This document shows positions 37,594 to 47,327 of a stretch of DNA of 64,000 bases, one piece after another. The stretch is taken from IMG/VR virus record IMGVR_UViG_3300032782_000001, positions 124,001-188,000 of that record. One strand, 5' to 3'. Each line of letters starts with the position of its first letter. Positions within the stretch are counted from its first letter, which is position 1. A model generated the notes under the pieces. That model was given only the letters and a program-made list of their open reading frames with translations. It was not told the origin of the DNA and did no database searches. The translations under genes and the position numbers were made by a program.

Positions 37594-38919
37594 ATGCGCA
37601 AAGACGGATCCGATTCTTTGAGTCCCGTTGTTGTACGGATTAGCTCATTCCAATCCGTCGAGGACGTTGAACTCGAAATTCGCGGATTTACCTGTATCAC
37701 AGGTAAATCCAACATTGGGAAAAGTGCTATTGTTCGGGCCATCGCAGGAGCATTGCAAAATGCTCCTGTGGTTGGTGATGTCCGCAAAGGCGCCAAATTT
37801 TGTTCTGTCACGATTAAATCTGAAAACTGGGGTTTCAGATGGGAGAAAGGTGAAAAAGGCGGCGGAACTTATTATTTCGATGGGAATAATAAAATCTTCG
37901 ACAAGATTGGCCAGGGACAAATTGAAGAAATCGTAAAGCTCGGGTTCGGAACAGTCAAAGTCGGAGATGATACCATCGAACCTTGGCTTGCCCCGCAATG
38001 GGAACCCATCTTTTTATTGAATCGGTCTGGTCCGGCGGTTACTGATTTCATTTCCGGAGTATCTAGACTTCATGTCTTGCAAGATGCAATCGTATTGAGT
38101 TTACGTGGGAAGAAAAAATTTCTAGACGAGGTCAAGACTCGAACAGAAGTCACAGAGAAACTACGAGTCAAAGAAGCCGCTGTTGCCGGATTGGATGCGA
38201 TGATCCGCGTCGCTCGAGAATTGGAAGGACAGGCCCAATCTATTGATGAGTATGAAGCTAGGAAAAATCTAGCTGAAAATTTATTTCGGAAGATGAACCA
38301 AGCTCGAGCGGGGATTTCTCTCTTATCTCCTATTGAAGACGCTATTATTCCTGAACCGCCGGCTGCTCAGGTTATGAAACGTCTTAAATCGTGTTATTCT
38401 CATTGGAAAAAATGTGACGGAGCTGCCAAGTCCATTCTTCAAATTCGAGCAATCTCCGGAGTGCAAATCCCGGAGGCTCCTCATGCAGAAATGGCGAGAC
38501 TTAAATCGGCAGTAAAACACACAGTCATTTTTAAACTGAAACAAACTGTGGAAACCATTCAAGACATCGGGAATGTGAATATCCCCCATTCTGATGTGAA
38601 CGTAGATATTGATCGGATGAAGAAAGCCTCTTCACATTTGAAGAAAATTCATACTGCAGCAATGGAAGTACAGAGACTTTCGGCAGTTATCCCAAACGTC
38701 CAACCGCCACCTGATTTGAAAAAACTGGTGGCGGCTAAAAGACATTGGTTGTCCATTTCTGCTATCTCTCAAGAGATAGCAGAAATGGAAAAGAATTTAA
38801 TCGGAGTGTCTACTGAACTTGCAAAAGTTCAGGATGAACTTTCATCCATCCCGAGTTGTTCTGCATGTGGTCGTCCGATTGCCAACCGCCATTCACACGA
38901 AAACATCAAGACGGCGTAG
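37594..38919 (+). CDS. SbcC/Rad50 (gp46-like) N-terminal half
   Basis: FQS, GKSNIGKSAIVRA Walker A, coiled coil, terminal CSACG hook; no signature or Walker B. Confidence 0.8.
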   Translation: MRKDGSDSLSPVVVRISSFQSVEDVELEIRGFTCITGKSNIGKSAIVRAIAGALQNAPVVGDVRKGAKFCSVTIKSENWGFRWEKGEKGGGTYYFDGNNKIFDKIGQGQIEEIVKLGFGTVKVGDDTIEPWLAPQWEPIFLLNRSGPAVTDFISGVSRLHVLQDAIVLSLRGKKKFLDEVKTRTEVTEKLRVKEAAVAGLDAMIRVARELEGQAQSIDEYEARKNLAENLFRKMNQARAGISLLSPIEDAIIPEPPAAQVMKRLKSCYSHWKKCDGAAKSILQIRAISGVQIPEAPHAEMARLKSAVKHTVIFKLKQTVETIQDIGNVNIPHSDVNVDIDRMKKASSHLKKIHTAAMEVQRLSAVIPNVQPPPDLKKLVAAKRHWLSISAISQEIAEMEKNLIGVSTELAKVQDELSSIPSCSACGRPIANRHSHENIKTA

Positions 38920-39277
38920 TAGGCGGATTCGCAGCCTGAGTGGAGTCAGCAGGGGGAACAGGGGGAGGGTTGGAACCAGCTTCCTTCTTTGCTTTCATAG
39001 CGTCTGAAGGCTGCCGGTATGTCTGATGGAGTCCAACCGTTCCAGCACCCGAGAGTAGACCCATGAGCGCCGTCATGGCTGCATCCTGCCAAGTCCCACC
39101 GTTGATGACTGCCATTGCGATGCCGCTGACCAATCCCGTAAGTGTCAACACTGGCGGAATGATCCAATTGGGGATCTTGGAAGTATTGCTGATGATCTTG
39201 CCGATCACGTAGCAAACACCCATGACTACGAATGGGAAAAACTTATGGAAATCTTCAGGAGTCATATTACCTCTCAA
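38906..39277 (-). CDS. Holin-like 3-TM protein
   Basis: KIPNWIIP...GLLSGAGTVGLHQ. Confidence 0.6.
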   Translation of the reverse strand: MRGNMTPEDFHKFFPFVVMGVCYVIGKIISNTSKIPNWIIPPVLTLTGLVSGIAMAVINGGTWQDAAMTALMGLLSGAGTVGLHQTYRQPSDAMKAKKEAGSNPPPVPPADSTQAANPPTTPS

Positions 39278-39879
39278 GTTGACTGAAACTGGACTTGCAT
39301 GCGACGGATATCATCTAAGTGTTGGGTGTCAACCAACACGAAATTTTCCGCCATAACTTGCAAAGAAGTATTTTCTCCGGCCATTTTTATGGCCGCTCGA
39401 CCGGCTTCAATAGCCTCAAGTTCCATCGATGCAAGCGTTTTGAAAAAACCTTGGAGGTTCGCCGTGCACGTAGGTACTTGAATAAACGTTTGCATGGGAT
39501 CCCCGCCCATACCAACGATCCGCATCGCAAGGTCGTATGCGTGTTGTCGCTCTTCTTTGGAATGGTCATACCAATGGTCAACGAGTGAGTCCCGCCAAGG
39601 ACCTTTTACTCGATCCGCGAAACTACGGTAAGCGGCGTCAATAGCATACTTGGCCGTCAGCCACTTTTGGAGATGTGCAATTACCTGACCCGTAGGAACG
39701 ACAAAATCACCTTCCGGGTTGCTTGGGACTGTCAGAGTTGGTGAATCTTCCAGAGCCAAAAGAACTCTTCCAATATCCTGAGATATTGCAGAGCGACTAG
39801 GATTGCGATTGGAATCTAAGCCGCTGGCAATCCGATTTAATGCACCACGAATATGGCTCGGCCTGACGTTCCTGTCCAT
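39274..39879 (-). CDS. Ferritin/Dps-like protein with N-terminal extension
   Basis: EERQHA..LA.RIV.MGGDP, E.EAI, DTQHLD. Confidence 0.7.
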   Translation of the reverse strand: MDRNVRPSHIRGALNRIASGLDSNRNPSRSAISQDIGRVLLALEDSPTLTVPSNPEGDFVVPTGQVIAHLQKWLTAKYAIDAAYRSFADRVKGPWRDSLVDHWYDHSKEERQHAYDLAMRIVGMGGDPMQTFIQVPTCTANLQGFFKTLASMELEAIEAGRAAIKMAGENTSLQVMAENFVLVDTQHLDDIRRMQVQFQST

Positions 39880-39924
39880 TTCGAAATAACGGAAATAAAG
39901 GTCCTAGTCTGTATGATCTGTTAG

Positions 39925-40242
39925 ATGAGAGATTTCGATTGGAAATATGTTCCCCAAACGGGTCTCGTGTTATTGACGGTCCCGGAAATATCTAAAGATG
40001 TTCAAGTACAAATTGCGGATTTCCGCGACACGCATGCTCTAGCCTATGCTCCGTCAGGGGGATTTATTGGGTATTCCCATAAAGGGTCAGAGCTGGGCGT
40101 CCCTGGAAGTATGAGACTAGGGAAAACTCCACTCCATCTGGTAGATGGAATCTGGTTCATGTTTGAGGACGAAAAAGGTCAACAAGCTCATCAACATGTT
40201 CTTCTTAAGCTAGAATTATTGATTTTGAAGCCTCTTCCGTAA
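39925..40242 (+). CDS. Hypothetical protein
   Basis: gTATGAT-N7-ATG. Confidence 0.55.
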   Translation: MRDFDWKYVPQTGLVLLTVPEISKDVQVQIADFRDTHALAYAPSGGFIGYSHKGSELGVPGSMRLGKTPLHLVDGIWFMFEDEKGQQAHQHVLLKLELLILKPLP

Positions 40243-40271
40243 ATCTCGAGGTATCTCGCGTATCCGAGGTC

Positions 40272-40907
40272 ATGAACGCGAGCATCCTCGACAAGAATCA
40301 TCCCTCCTTCGGTTGCAAAAATGCGTGGTTCCTCTTTGGGATCCGGGCGTCCGGAAATACCGTCTCGAAGATGATTCTCGTCGAGGCAAAGGGGCCTTGG
40401 GCAGTCCAGACGATGGAAAGGCTTCTCCAGAAGGATGGGGCCGTGAGTGATACCTGTTTCTCTCTCCTGGTCCATAGGGAGTGTCCATCTATCGGGATTC
40501 GGGCAGAGATCGTGGAAGAAGTGTCTTACGTAGACTTCATGCTCGATGTGGTGGAGCCGGGACGTCTTCTCGAAGACTCTATTGTCTCGGTGTCCCTTCG
40601 GAATTCACTCACGGCGGAAGAGAGGGCACATGCATCGCGAAAGCTCGAGAATCCCGCGCCCGTCCCCGCCCGCGTCCAGAACCCGGTCCCTGTGCCTGCT
40701 CAGGCTCCCGTCTTGCGAGTGGTGAAGAACTCCATGTCTCCTCCGATGGAGGAGACCCCCACTTACGCGAAGCTTACTGGCGGACTGATTCACCTCGGTT
40801 TTAAGAAGGCCGACGTGAAGAAATTCATTGACAGCCTCGGTCCTCGACTCCATTCCGAAAAGATCGAAGACCTCATCCGCCTTGGCATCAAGGAATTGGC
40901 GGCATAA
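40272..40907 (+). CDS. Hypothetical protein with RuvA domain III-like C-terminus
   Basis: GLIHLGFKKADV...EDLIRLGIKEL. Confidence 0.55.
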   Translation: MNASILDKNHPSFGCKNAWFLFGIRASGNTVSKMILVEAKGPWAVQTMERLLQKDGAVSDTCFSLLVHRECPSIGIRAEIVEEVSYVDFMLDVVEPGRLLEDSIVSVSLRNSLTAEERAHASRKLENPAPVPARVQNPVPVPAQAPVLRVVKNSMSPPMEETPTYAKLTGGLIHLGFKKADVKKFIDSLGPRLHSEKIEDLIRLGIKELAA

Positions 40908-40936
40908 ATTCTGGAGAAACGGTAGTACATAACAGC

Positions 40937-41239
40937 GTGAAGACCGACATCCGTAGTTCAGAGGCGTTCCGCCAGCTCTTCTTGGTACCTCCTGACGAAT
41001 CCCCGGAGGTACTGGGGACCGCGGATTCTGAACAGGAACAGGACGAGTCTCAACACCTCAAGACGCTGGAAAAGTGGTATCCGGATACCAGCCAGCCGGC
41101 AGTGACTCAACCAAGCGCTGCTATGAAGGTCTTCCTGGTATCCTGCACGGCTCTTGTCTGGGTCGCCATCATCACAACCACTCTCGTGGTGTTATTCTTC
41201 GTCGGGATTGTCACTACAGCCATTGCACACGGGCTGTAA
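40937..41239 (+). CDS. Membrane protein
   Basis: C-terminal hydrophobic segment. Confidence 0.5.
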   Translation: MKTDIRSSEAFRQLFLVPPDESPEVLGTADSEQEQDESQHLKTLEKWYPDTSQPAVTQPSAAMKVFLVSCTALVWVAIITTTLVVLFFVGIVTTAIAHGL

Positions 41240-41247
41240 TATACGGA

Positions 41248-41700
41248 ATGATCGAGGTAATAGCCTTCGGTCCCCCTGCTGCCACCAATCCTCACGTTCC
41301 AGACTATATCGTGGTTCGGGACGGACCTGTCCTCCTCCGGGCAGGACAAGGTAACAAGCCAGATTCCGAGGTTATTCTGGGTCCGCTCCTTAAGAGCGGT
41401 CATGCAATCCGACTCGAACCACCCATTGAATGGCAACCAGACTCTTGGCTCGTAATCGATAATAAACCCGCCTGGATTCTGAGCGGGAAGATGGATGACT
41501 GGCGATCTCTTCGTTCCAAAGAAATCCTGACTGAAGCTTCCATGATGAATGATCCGGAAGCTAAGTTGGCCCGATTGAAAACGGCGGGACGCATTGCTGG
41601 TGTCCCAGTGGAAACTCTGGTAGGAAGACTCGAATCTGCAAGGACATCCCCCGATGAACGGTTGGAAGACGTCTATCGGCGCCTCAGGTCACAAAAATAA
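41248..41700 (+). CDS. Hypothetical protein
   Basis: gTAATAT-N5-ATG. Confidence 0.55.
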   Translation: MIEVIAFGPPAATNPHVPDYIVVRDGPVLLRAGQGNKPDSEVILGPLLKSGHAIRLEPPIEWQPDSWLVIDNKPAWILSGKMDDWRSLRSKEILTEASMMNDPEAKLARLKTAGRIAGVPVETLVGRLESARTSPDERLEDVYRRLRSQK

Positions 41701-41956
41701 CAATGAAATAAGCTACTGTAGCTGTCAACACCAAGGCTTGGAATACCCTACGACCTTTAGAAGGTATTCCAGATTCGATCGATCCAGCTTCCAATAATCC
41801 AGAAATAATGCAGTTTAGCTCGACTGCAAAAAATGCGAAGATTTCCGGTTGAGAATGTTTAGTGTTGGAATGAATCGTTGCTACAAGCATGGAAAACCAT
41901 GCTACCATAAACAATGAAGCTAAACTGCCTCGCATCCTTCGGGCAACCCAAACCAC
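41684..41956 (-). CDS. Small membrane protein
   Basis: Three hydrophobic segments. Confidence 0.45.
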   Translation of the reverse strand: MVWVARRMRGSLASLFMVAWFSMLVATIHSNTKHSQPEIFAFFAVELNCIISGLLEAGSIESGIPSKGRRVFQALVLTATVAYFIVIFVT

Positions 41957-42156
41957 TGTACGAAGATGCTCTTCACGTCTGGATTACTTAGCATCTCGTA
42001 ACACACGAGAGCAAAAACAGGATCCACACGGATTCGGGCGAAGATCGGGCCGCAACGCGACCCAAACCTCGCCCGACAATCTGCGCAAGCGCTGTCATGA
42101 AGGCGAGCAGCCTTCTGGCATCCTGCACACTTTCCAATCTGAGGGATATCAGTCAT
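41920..42156 (-). CDS. Small Zn-finger protein
   Basis: CAGC...CADC. Confidence 0.5.
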   Translation of the reverse strand: MTDIPQIGKCAGCQKAARLHDSACADCRARFGSRCGPIFARIRVDPVFALVCYEMLSNPDVKSIFVQWFGLPEGCEAV

Positions 42157-42242
42157 ATAGACCTGTACGGTCTATAGACGCTGATTTCTAGAGGACTCAA
42201 CGTCCTCTGAACACGCTCTGTCGGACCGGTATTCGACAGTCG

Positions 42243-43232
42243 TTAAATGGGGGCGCTTTGGATGACCCAAAAGTCCGAACACAAGCTTGTATTCTGGACA
42301 TACGCGTAACTCATCCAGAAGTATCCTGAGAGACCCCAACCAGTGCCCCAAGAATTACGGACGAGGAAAGCACCCTTGGAAGTGGAACCATCGGCCGTAA
42401 AGGACTTATTGTCATCGTAGCCAACGAGGCAAACCGCATGTCCACCCTGGAGCTGCTCACTCTTCTGAGGCACAGGTAGACAACCTTGATTCGCCATCGT
42501 AGAGCTCATCATATAATCATAAACCTGGAAGCCGAATCCGATGAGGAATCCGCTTGCAAGCGTAGATTTCATGGTTTCGATATCACCATCAGTAATAGCG
42601 TGATAGCTCGTGACTTTGTGAGTCGCAGCAGCAGTCCAAATGGACTGCGGCGGATTGACCGTGAACTTTGAAATGTCGTATGGCCAAGCCGCTTCGTCTG
42701 CTACTCCATATGATGCTCCACATTTGATAGCATCACGAATAGTAGCACCTGAGTCTTCACTTACCGTCCCCTCGATTTTTCGAGTTCCGTAATATTCAAA
42801 AAGCCGACTCGCTCGCTCAAGAGCTGCGGGCGTGGGGGCGGGCGTGGGGGCGGGCGCCGTACCAGGGGTCACGGTCGTCGTAAACGACATGACACCCTTA
42901 GGGTCTACAGACACCGGCGAAGTGGTAACAGTAGGAACGGTTCCCGTGGGGGAAACCACTACACCCAGACCGGAATGAAGTCCTGCAAGCCTCTTGATCT
43001 CGTTGAATTCGACGAGTCCCGAGAACATGTTAGCAGTGCAGCTTCCGAGTTCACCTTGATCGACGACAGGACTGCACATCGATTGGTTGTTGAACGAAGC
43101 CGGGATGGCAAGAAGGCTTCCGTGAAGCTTGATCTTGAAAGCTTCATCCCTCGGATCAAAGTGTTGTTTCTTCCAGCCTCCGAGGTGGATCCTTCGCGTA
43201 GAACCGTCCGGATGATGCAGCGTCTTGAGCAT
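42243..43232 (-). CDS. Papain-like cysteine peptidase (C1)
   Basis: DQGELGSCTA, GGHAVCLVGYDD, RNSWG..WG..GYF. Confidence 0.93.
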   Translation of the reverse strand: MLKTLHHPDGSTRRIHLGGWKKQHFDPRDEAFKIKLHGSLLAIPASFNNQSMCSPVVDQGELGSCTANMFSGLVEFNEIKRLAGLHSGLGVVVSPTGTVPTVTTSPVSVDPKGVMSFTTTVTPGTAPAPTPAPTPAALERASRLFEYYGTRKIEGTVSEDSGATIRDAIKCGASYGVADEAAWPYDISKFTVNPPQSIWTAAATHKVTSYHAITDGDIETMKSTLASGFLIGFGFQVYDYMMSSTMANQGCLPVPQKSEQLQGGHAVCLVGYDDNKSFTADGSTSKGAFLVRNSWGTGWGLSGYFWMSYAYVQNTSLCSDFWVIQSAPI

Positions 43233-43244
43233 TGTTCTCTCCTA

Positions 43245-43592
43245 TTACTCCGCAGGTTGCCACCAATCGGAGCAGTATTCATCTGCTGGAGCAGGGAGTT
43301 CGTCTCCTCCGTTCCAGGCTACAAAATTCGGTTCAACACAACGGGAGGTATCGTCCTCCCCAGTTGAACCAAACTTGCAGTTTGCGCAACAAGACCCGCC
43401 TTTCGGCACACGCATTCCTGCGACATGCTCGTCAGGAAGGAAGAAAGGCCCGACGCCTCCGAAGGCTTTTTCTACTCCTTCTTCGTCGTCTTGCTGATTT
43501 TGGTCCTGAACCTGGTCCTGTTGTAATTGCTCTTGATCTTGAGCAGCCAAGATATGTAGATATCTCGCTGCGACCCGCTTAGCCAGGCTCAT
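43245..43592 (-). CDS. Cys-rich hypothetical protein
   Basis: MSLAKRVAARYL leader; CANC...C...YCSDWW. Confidence 0.6.
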   Translation of the reverse strand: MSLAKRVAARYLHILAAQDQEQLQQDQVQDQNQQDDEEGVEKAFGGVGPFFLPDEHVAGMRVPKGGSCCANCKFGSTGEDDTSRCVEPNFVAWNGGDELPAPADEYCSDWWQPAE

Positions 43593-43601
43593 ATCGTCCT
43601 T

Positions 43602-43958
43602 TCAGACGTTCAATTTTCCGATGTTCTTATAGCCAGCGGCCAGATCGCTTTTGAGTTGAAGCAAATGTGAAGCTTCTTGCTCCAACTCAGACCGACTCGG
43701 GTCCTGCGGATTCAGCGTTTTGGCGGCTTTCATGATTTTGTCGAAAAGAGCTTGTAGCCCACCGACAGCCGCTTCGTATTCCTGTTTAGTAAATTTGTCG
43801 ACATGGGCAGCTTGACGAGGTGCCACAATCGCGTCCCTGATGCGTCGCAGTTCAGAAGCCACCTTGCGCTTATCAGGACGCATAGTCCCCATATATTCGC
43901 ACAGGTCTCGAAGAGCTTTGGCAGCTTCTTGGGGCGTCACGCCGGTACGAACCATCAA
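43602..43958 (-). CDS. Helical hypothetical protein
   Basis: SD AGGAG; N-terminus resembles that of the ferritin-like ORF. Confidence 0.6.
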   Translation of the reverse strand: MMVRTGVTPQEAAKALRDLCEYMGTMRPDKRKVASELRRIRDAIVAPRQAAHVDKFTKQEYEAAVGGLQALFDKIMKAAKTLNPQDPSRSELEQEASHLLQLKSDLAAGYKNIGKLNV

Positions 43959-43982
43959 ACTCCTATGAATGGGGAATAAAGG

Positions 43983-44633
43983 ATGCGAGTCTTAGTTAGC
44001 GGATTCGAACCCATTTGGGGTATTAAGAGGACTCCCAGTGGAGACCTTGCAAAATTATGGCAATCTGGAGAAATGCCGGTACCTGTAGGTGTTGAAGTGA
44101 AGGCGCTTCTGCTCCCTCAGGTGTTCGGAATGTGTACTAATGCCGTCTGCGATGCTATTTCGGAATTCCAACCGGATGCCGTAGTGATGTTCGGAGCTAC
44201 GACAAAAAATGATCCGGTCAGACTTGAGAGATTCGCAATTAACTGCGAACGATCCCCTATGGGGGATAATTCAAAAATTCCCGTCCGAGATAGGCCGGTC
44301 GTAGCCGGGGGGCCATCAGCCTACGAATCGACTTTGCCTGTGTATCATCTCGTAGATAGGCTTGAAGCCCAAGGAATCGCGGCAAAGCCTAGTTATTTCG
44401 CCGGAACGCACGTATGCAATTCCATACTGTATGGAGTTTCACACTGGCTGGCTTCCCGTCCCATCTCGAAGAAGCCAATTATTGGGTTTGTCCATGTAGC
44501 ATTCCCGAACGAATTCGGTGTAGTTGAAGATGATCTTTGGGACACTGAAACTTGGCCAAAGCTCATGAGAGCTTCCGTTGTTTTGGTGGAAGAGATTGCA
44601 GCATGGCTGTCTTCCAGGCCTGGTGCTACATGA
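43983..44633 (+). CDS. pcp: Pyroglutamyl-peptidase I (C15)
   Basis: VLVSGFEP, LERFAIN, AGTHVCN, GFVHV. Confidence 0.9.
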   Translation: MRVLVSGFEPIWGIKRTPSGDLAKLWQSGEMPVPVGVEVKALLLPQVFGMCTNAVCDAISEFQPDAVVMFGATTKNDPVRLERFAINCERSPMGDNSKIPVRDRPVVAGGPSAYESTLPVYHLVDRLEAQGIAAKPSYFAGTHVCNSILYGVSHWLASRPISKKPIIGFVHVAFPNEFGVVEDDLWDTETWPKLMRASVVLVEEIAAWLSSRPGAT

Positions 44634-44821
44634 CTGACACTCGGAAGTTTTGGTCCATCGAGTATATTGACGAAGATGGCGATCTCATTACCACAAACAT
44701 ACTTGCCACAACGGAAGAGATGAAAAAATTGATGGATGAGTTCGCACGGCGAGGGATGAAGGCAGAGACACACGACCTTTCGCCGCCGGCTGTAAACTCT
44801 TCAAATGCATTGCTCTCCTGA
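44630..44821 (+). CDS. Small hypothetical protein
   Basis: ATGA overlap. Confidence 0.5.
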   Translation: MTDTRKFWSIEYIDEDGDLITTNILATTEEMKKLMDEFARRGMKAETHDLSPPAVNSSNALLS

Positions 44822-45461
44822 ATGGAACGACCTTGTCCAGTCTTCATCCGGTGATGTGAGGCGGCTCGCCTCAGTTTGGCGTTTCAGTTCAATCCCCATT
44901 GCGGTAGACGAGAACACCGCAGAGCACTCGTATTGGGTGGCTCTCTACGCCGCCATGATTCACAGGACTGCGGCTCCTGATGGACTTTTCCAGGGGATTC
45001 TCGGTCCCATTCTCTTGAAAGCTCTGGTGCACGATCTTGCAGAATGCGTAACAGGGGACGTGGTTCGAGTATTCAAATATTCAACCCCCGAGCTCAAGCA
45101 AGAAGTGGACAGGGCAGAAAATATTCTGATGAAAAAACTGCCAAACCTCGTTCAAGACCTCGTGGGAGAAGCGGAACAGCCTCAAGGAAATGACAAGGCA
45201 TATATTTCTGCGGTGGTAAAGTGCGCTGATTTTTTGAGTCTGTTCCAGTTTATGAGGCGTGAAGCCATGCGAGGTAATTCCGAAATTGCCCCATTTTATG
45301 GTCGAATGATCACGGACTTGGAGACTATGGCTTCCGACGAGCGGGAATTAGTAGTAGGGAAAGATTTGAAGTTCCGACCTTCAGAGCTTTACACGGCTAT
45401 GTTCACGGAAGCTCGCGCTATTTACAGATTCAAATGGAATATCGGGTCTAATAATGGCTGA
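44805..45461 (+). CDS. HD-domain deoxynucleotide phosphohydrolase (YfbR-like)
   Basis: ENTAEHSYWV, HDLAECVTGD, VKCAD. Confidence 0.85.
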   Translation: MHCSPEWNDLVQSSSGDVRRLASVWRFSSIPIAVDENTAEHSYWVALYAAMIHRTAAPDGLFQGILGPILLKALVHDLAECVTGDVVRVFKYSTPELKQEVDRAENILMKKLPNLVQDLVGEAEQPQGNDKAYISAVVKCADFLSLFQFMRREAMRGNSEIAPFYGRMITDLETMASDERELVVGKDLKFRPSELYTAMFTEARAIYRFKWNIGSNNG

Positions 45462-45957
45462 AACCAAAAGTGAAATTCGGGCCAGAATCGATGAACTCGA
45501 TAAAGTCCTCGACAGTCTCGAAGCTGGTTTTGTAGAAGATATATCGCCTTACAAATTCATCGAGGCGCGGAAGAACGCACTGGAAGAGGAACTAGCTCGC
45601 GCTGAGGAAGATCTTTTCGCTTCGGTCCTTCAATCTCATAAAACCATCTGTGCAGTGAAACAGATGGAAGAAGATGCAGCCTATGGCCAAGACCCAGCCC
45701 TGTATTACACATTAGCTATTTGTGGAGAATCTGGGGAGATGGCGAATAAAATCGTCAAGGCTCTCCGGAATGGAAATGACCCCAACGCGTGCAAAAACGC
45801 TGTCATTTCGGAACTCCCGGATGTTATCATTTATAGCGCCGTCCTAGCATACGTGCTTCAGATCGATTTGACGAGGTTGGTCAACGACAAAGTAAAAATT
45901 GTCATTGAACGTGCCGAATCTGGTTATTATGGCGGGCCGCTCAGCAAGATCACATAA
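45454..45957 (+). CDS. MazG-like NTP pyrophosphatase
   Basis: GESGEMANKIVK...SELPDV. Confidence 0.8.
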   Translation: MAETKSEIRARIDELDKVLDSLEAGFVEDISPYKFIEARKNALEEELARAEEDLFASVLQSHKTICAVKQMEEDAAYGQDPALYYTLAICGESGEMANKIVKALRNGNDPNACKNAVISELPDVIIYSAVLAYVLQIDLTRLVNDKVKIVIERAESGYYGGPLSKIT

Positions 45958-46328
45958 TGAAGTCCAGAGAGTTATGTCGATGGGCGTGTAGTTGGCTCCG
46001 CGGGAAAGGTCATGAATTCCGACCAGGGAATCTTGGAGTTCCTTGTGTAGTATGTATTAAATGTAATCTGCTTCTTACTTCCAGAGGTCGAATACAGACC
46101 CCTTCACACATGTGGTTGGCTGAATCAGCACAGAAACCAAGAATCGGACGTGTAACTTATTGCGGGAGACGAAGTGGCAAGGCAATCACGCCAAAAATGA
46201 CAATCGGATCCATACGCATAACCCACCATCGAAGACAAAACGATAGTTCTTCAAGTTTGCGAAAGATGGCAATGAAAATTTCGCATTCCTGCAAAGAACT
46301 TCGTATACTAGAAGTGATGGAATCATGA
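45957..46328 (+). CDS. Basic Zn-binding protein with VMES tag
   Basis: GHEF..CIKC; ends SCKELRILEVMES*. Confidence 0.6.
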   Translation: MKSRELCRWACSWLRGKGHEFRPGNLGVPCVVCIKCNLLLTSRGRIQTPSHMWLAESAQKPRIGRVTYCGRRSGKAITPKMTIGSIRITHHRRQNDSSSSLRKMAMKISHSCKELRILEVMES

Positions 46329-46678
46329 AGATCACCGGTGCAGATAAGTTACTGTTATTGAATGGACATCCTTGCTGTGTGCTTTGGAAGGCAGTAGACC
46401 TTGAAGGGGCTTATATATGGCCAACGACCGGAGTTCATGGGTTCATCCCATCGAAAGCCTTCGAGATCAGTCGGAATACCGCTACAGGGAAAATTCATCA
46501 AGACGAAGTCGGAACAATTGAAGTGACGACTTCAATTGTTCCCATTCGAAACGGTCTTTCGGTCCATCCTGGACCAGAGGGATTTCGACTGGAGACCTTA
46601 ATTGTAGTAAATCCGAACGGAACGTGGAGTCCGGCGCCTGTTTGGATCGGCGAGAAGCTCGAACTCCAAAAAACCTAA
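46325..46678 (+). CDS. Hypothetical protein
   Basis: ATGA overlap. Confidence 0.5.
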   Translation: MKITGADKLLLLNGHPCCVLWKAVDLEGAYIWPTTGVHGFIPSKAFEISRNTATGKIHQDEVGTIEVTTSIVPIRNGLSVHPGPEGFRLETLIVVNPNGTWSPAPVWIGEKLELQKT

Positions 46679-46898
46679 ATTTTTTAGCGTTATACTTCGC
46701 CGAGCGAATTGACTGGCAAATTCGACAGAATCGCCTCTTGCCGACCACATAAGCGTCTTTGAGAGAATGTCCATGCTTGCAATGTGTGGGCTTGGGTTTG
46801 GCCAAAAGAGCAGCACGGACGCGTTCGGTATGCTCCGCCGAATGCTTTTTTCCGATCTGTGCGGCAGTAAACCGTCCAGAGGAGCCCCATGAGGACAC
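46482..46898 (-). CDS. NUMOD3/Zn-finger DNA-binding module (homing-endonuclease-like remnant)
   Basis: GKKHSAEH..., THCKHGH...RFCRIC; 3' part overlaps opposite-strand ORF. Confidence 0.45.
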   Translation of the reverse strand: MSSWGSSGRFTAAQIGKKHSAEHTERVRAALLAKPKPTHCKHGHSLKDAYVVGKRRFCRICQSIRSAKYNAKKFRFFGVRASRRSKQAPDSTFRSDLLQLRSPVEIPLVQDGPKDRFEWEQLKSSLQLFRLRLDEFSL

Positions 46899-46922
46899 CC
46901 TACCGGACCAGTAGCATTCGCT

Positions 46923-47327
46923 CTACATCGGAGTACCATCGATATTTCCCCGGAAAATCGTATAGAACGGCAACGTATTATCTTTATTGATACGATCTGC
47001 TGCCGCTTTATCGTCTTCGAGTTCGTCCGACTCGAGACGAGTTTCTCTAGCAAGCTGAAGAAGAATGGGGTCAGATGTGATCCGCATGAGATCTGCCTTG
47101 GCTTGAGGAATTTTCCTCAAAGTTAGATAGAGTTCCTCCCAGCTGATTTCATCAAGTTTGCATTTTCCATTTTGGAAATAGATGTTATTGGATTTATCCC
47201 CCTGGCAGAGAGTGCAACAATTCCAATTCTTGTTGATCCGGTCTTCCGGTTCCCTCTCACAATCAGGCATTGGAGGGCAAGGTCCGAATTGCCCATTTTG
47301 ACACGGTCCACAAGGTTTGTTATCCAT
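46923..47327 (-). CDS. Cys-rich hypothetical protein
   Basis: gTAGCGT-N5-ATG. Confidence 0.5.
   Translation of the reverse strand: MDNKPCGPCQNGQFGPCPPMPDCEREPEDRINKNWNCCTLCQGDKSNNIYFQNGKCKLDEISWEELYLTLRKIPQAKADLMRITSDPILLQLARETRLESDELEDDKAAADRINKDNTLPFYTIFRGNIDGTPM

Noticed and set aside
44805-45957. Z-genome (purZ-datZ-mazZ) cluster call
   Set aside because: No adenylosuccinate-synthetase homolog in the window; kept only as a low-level finding
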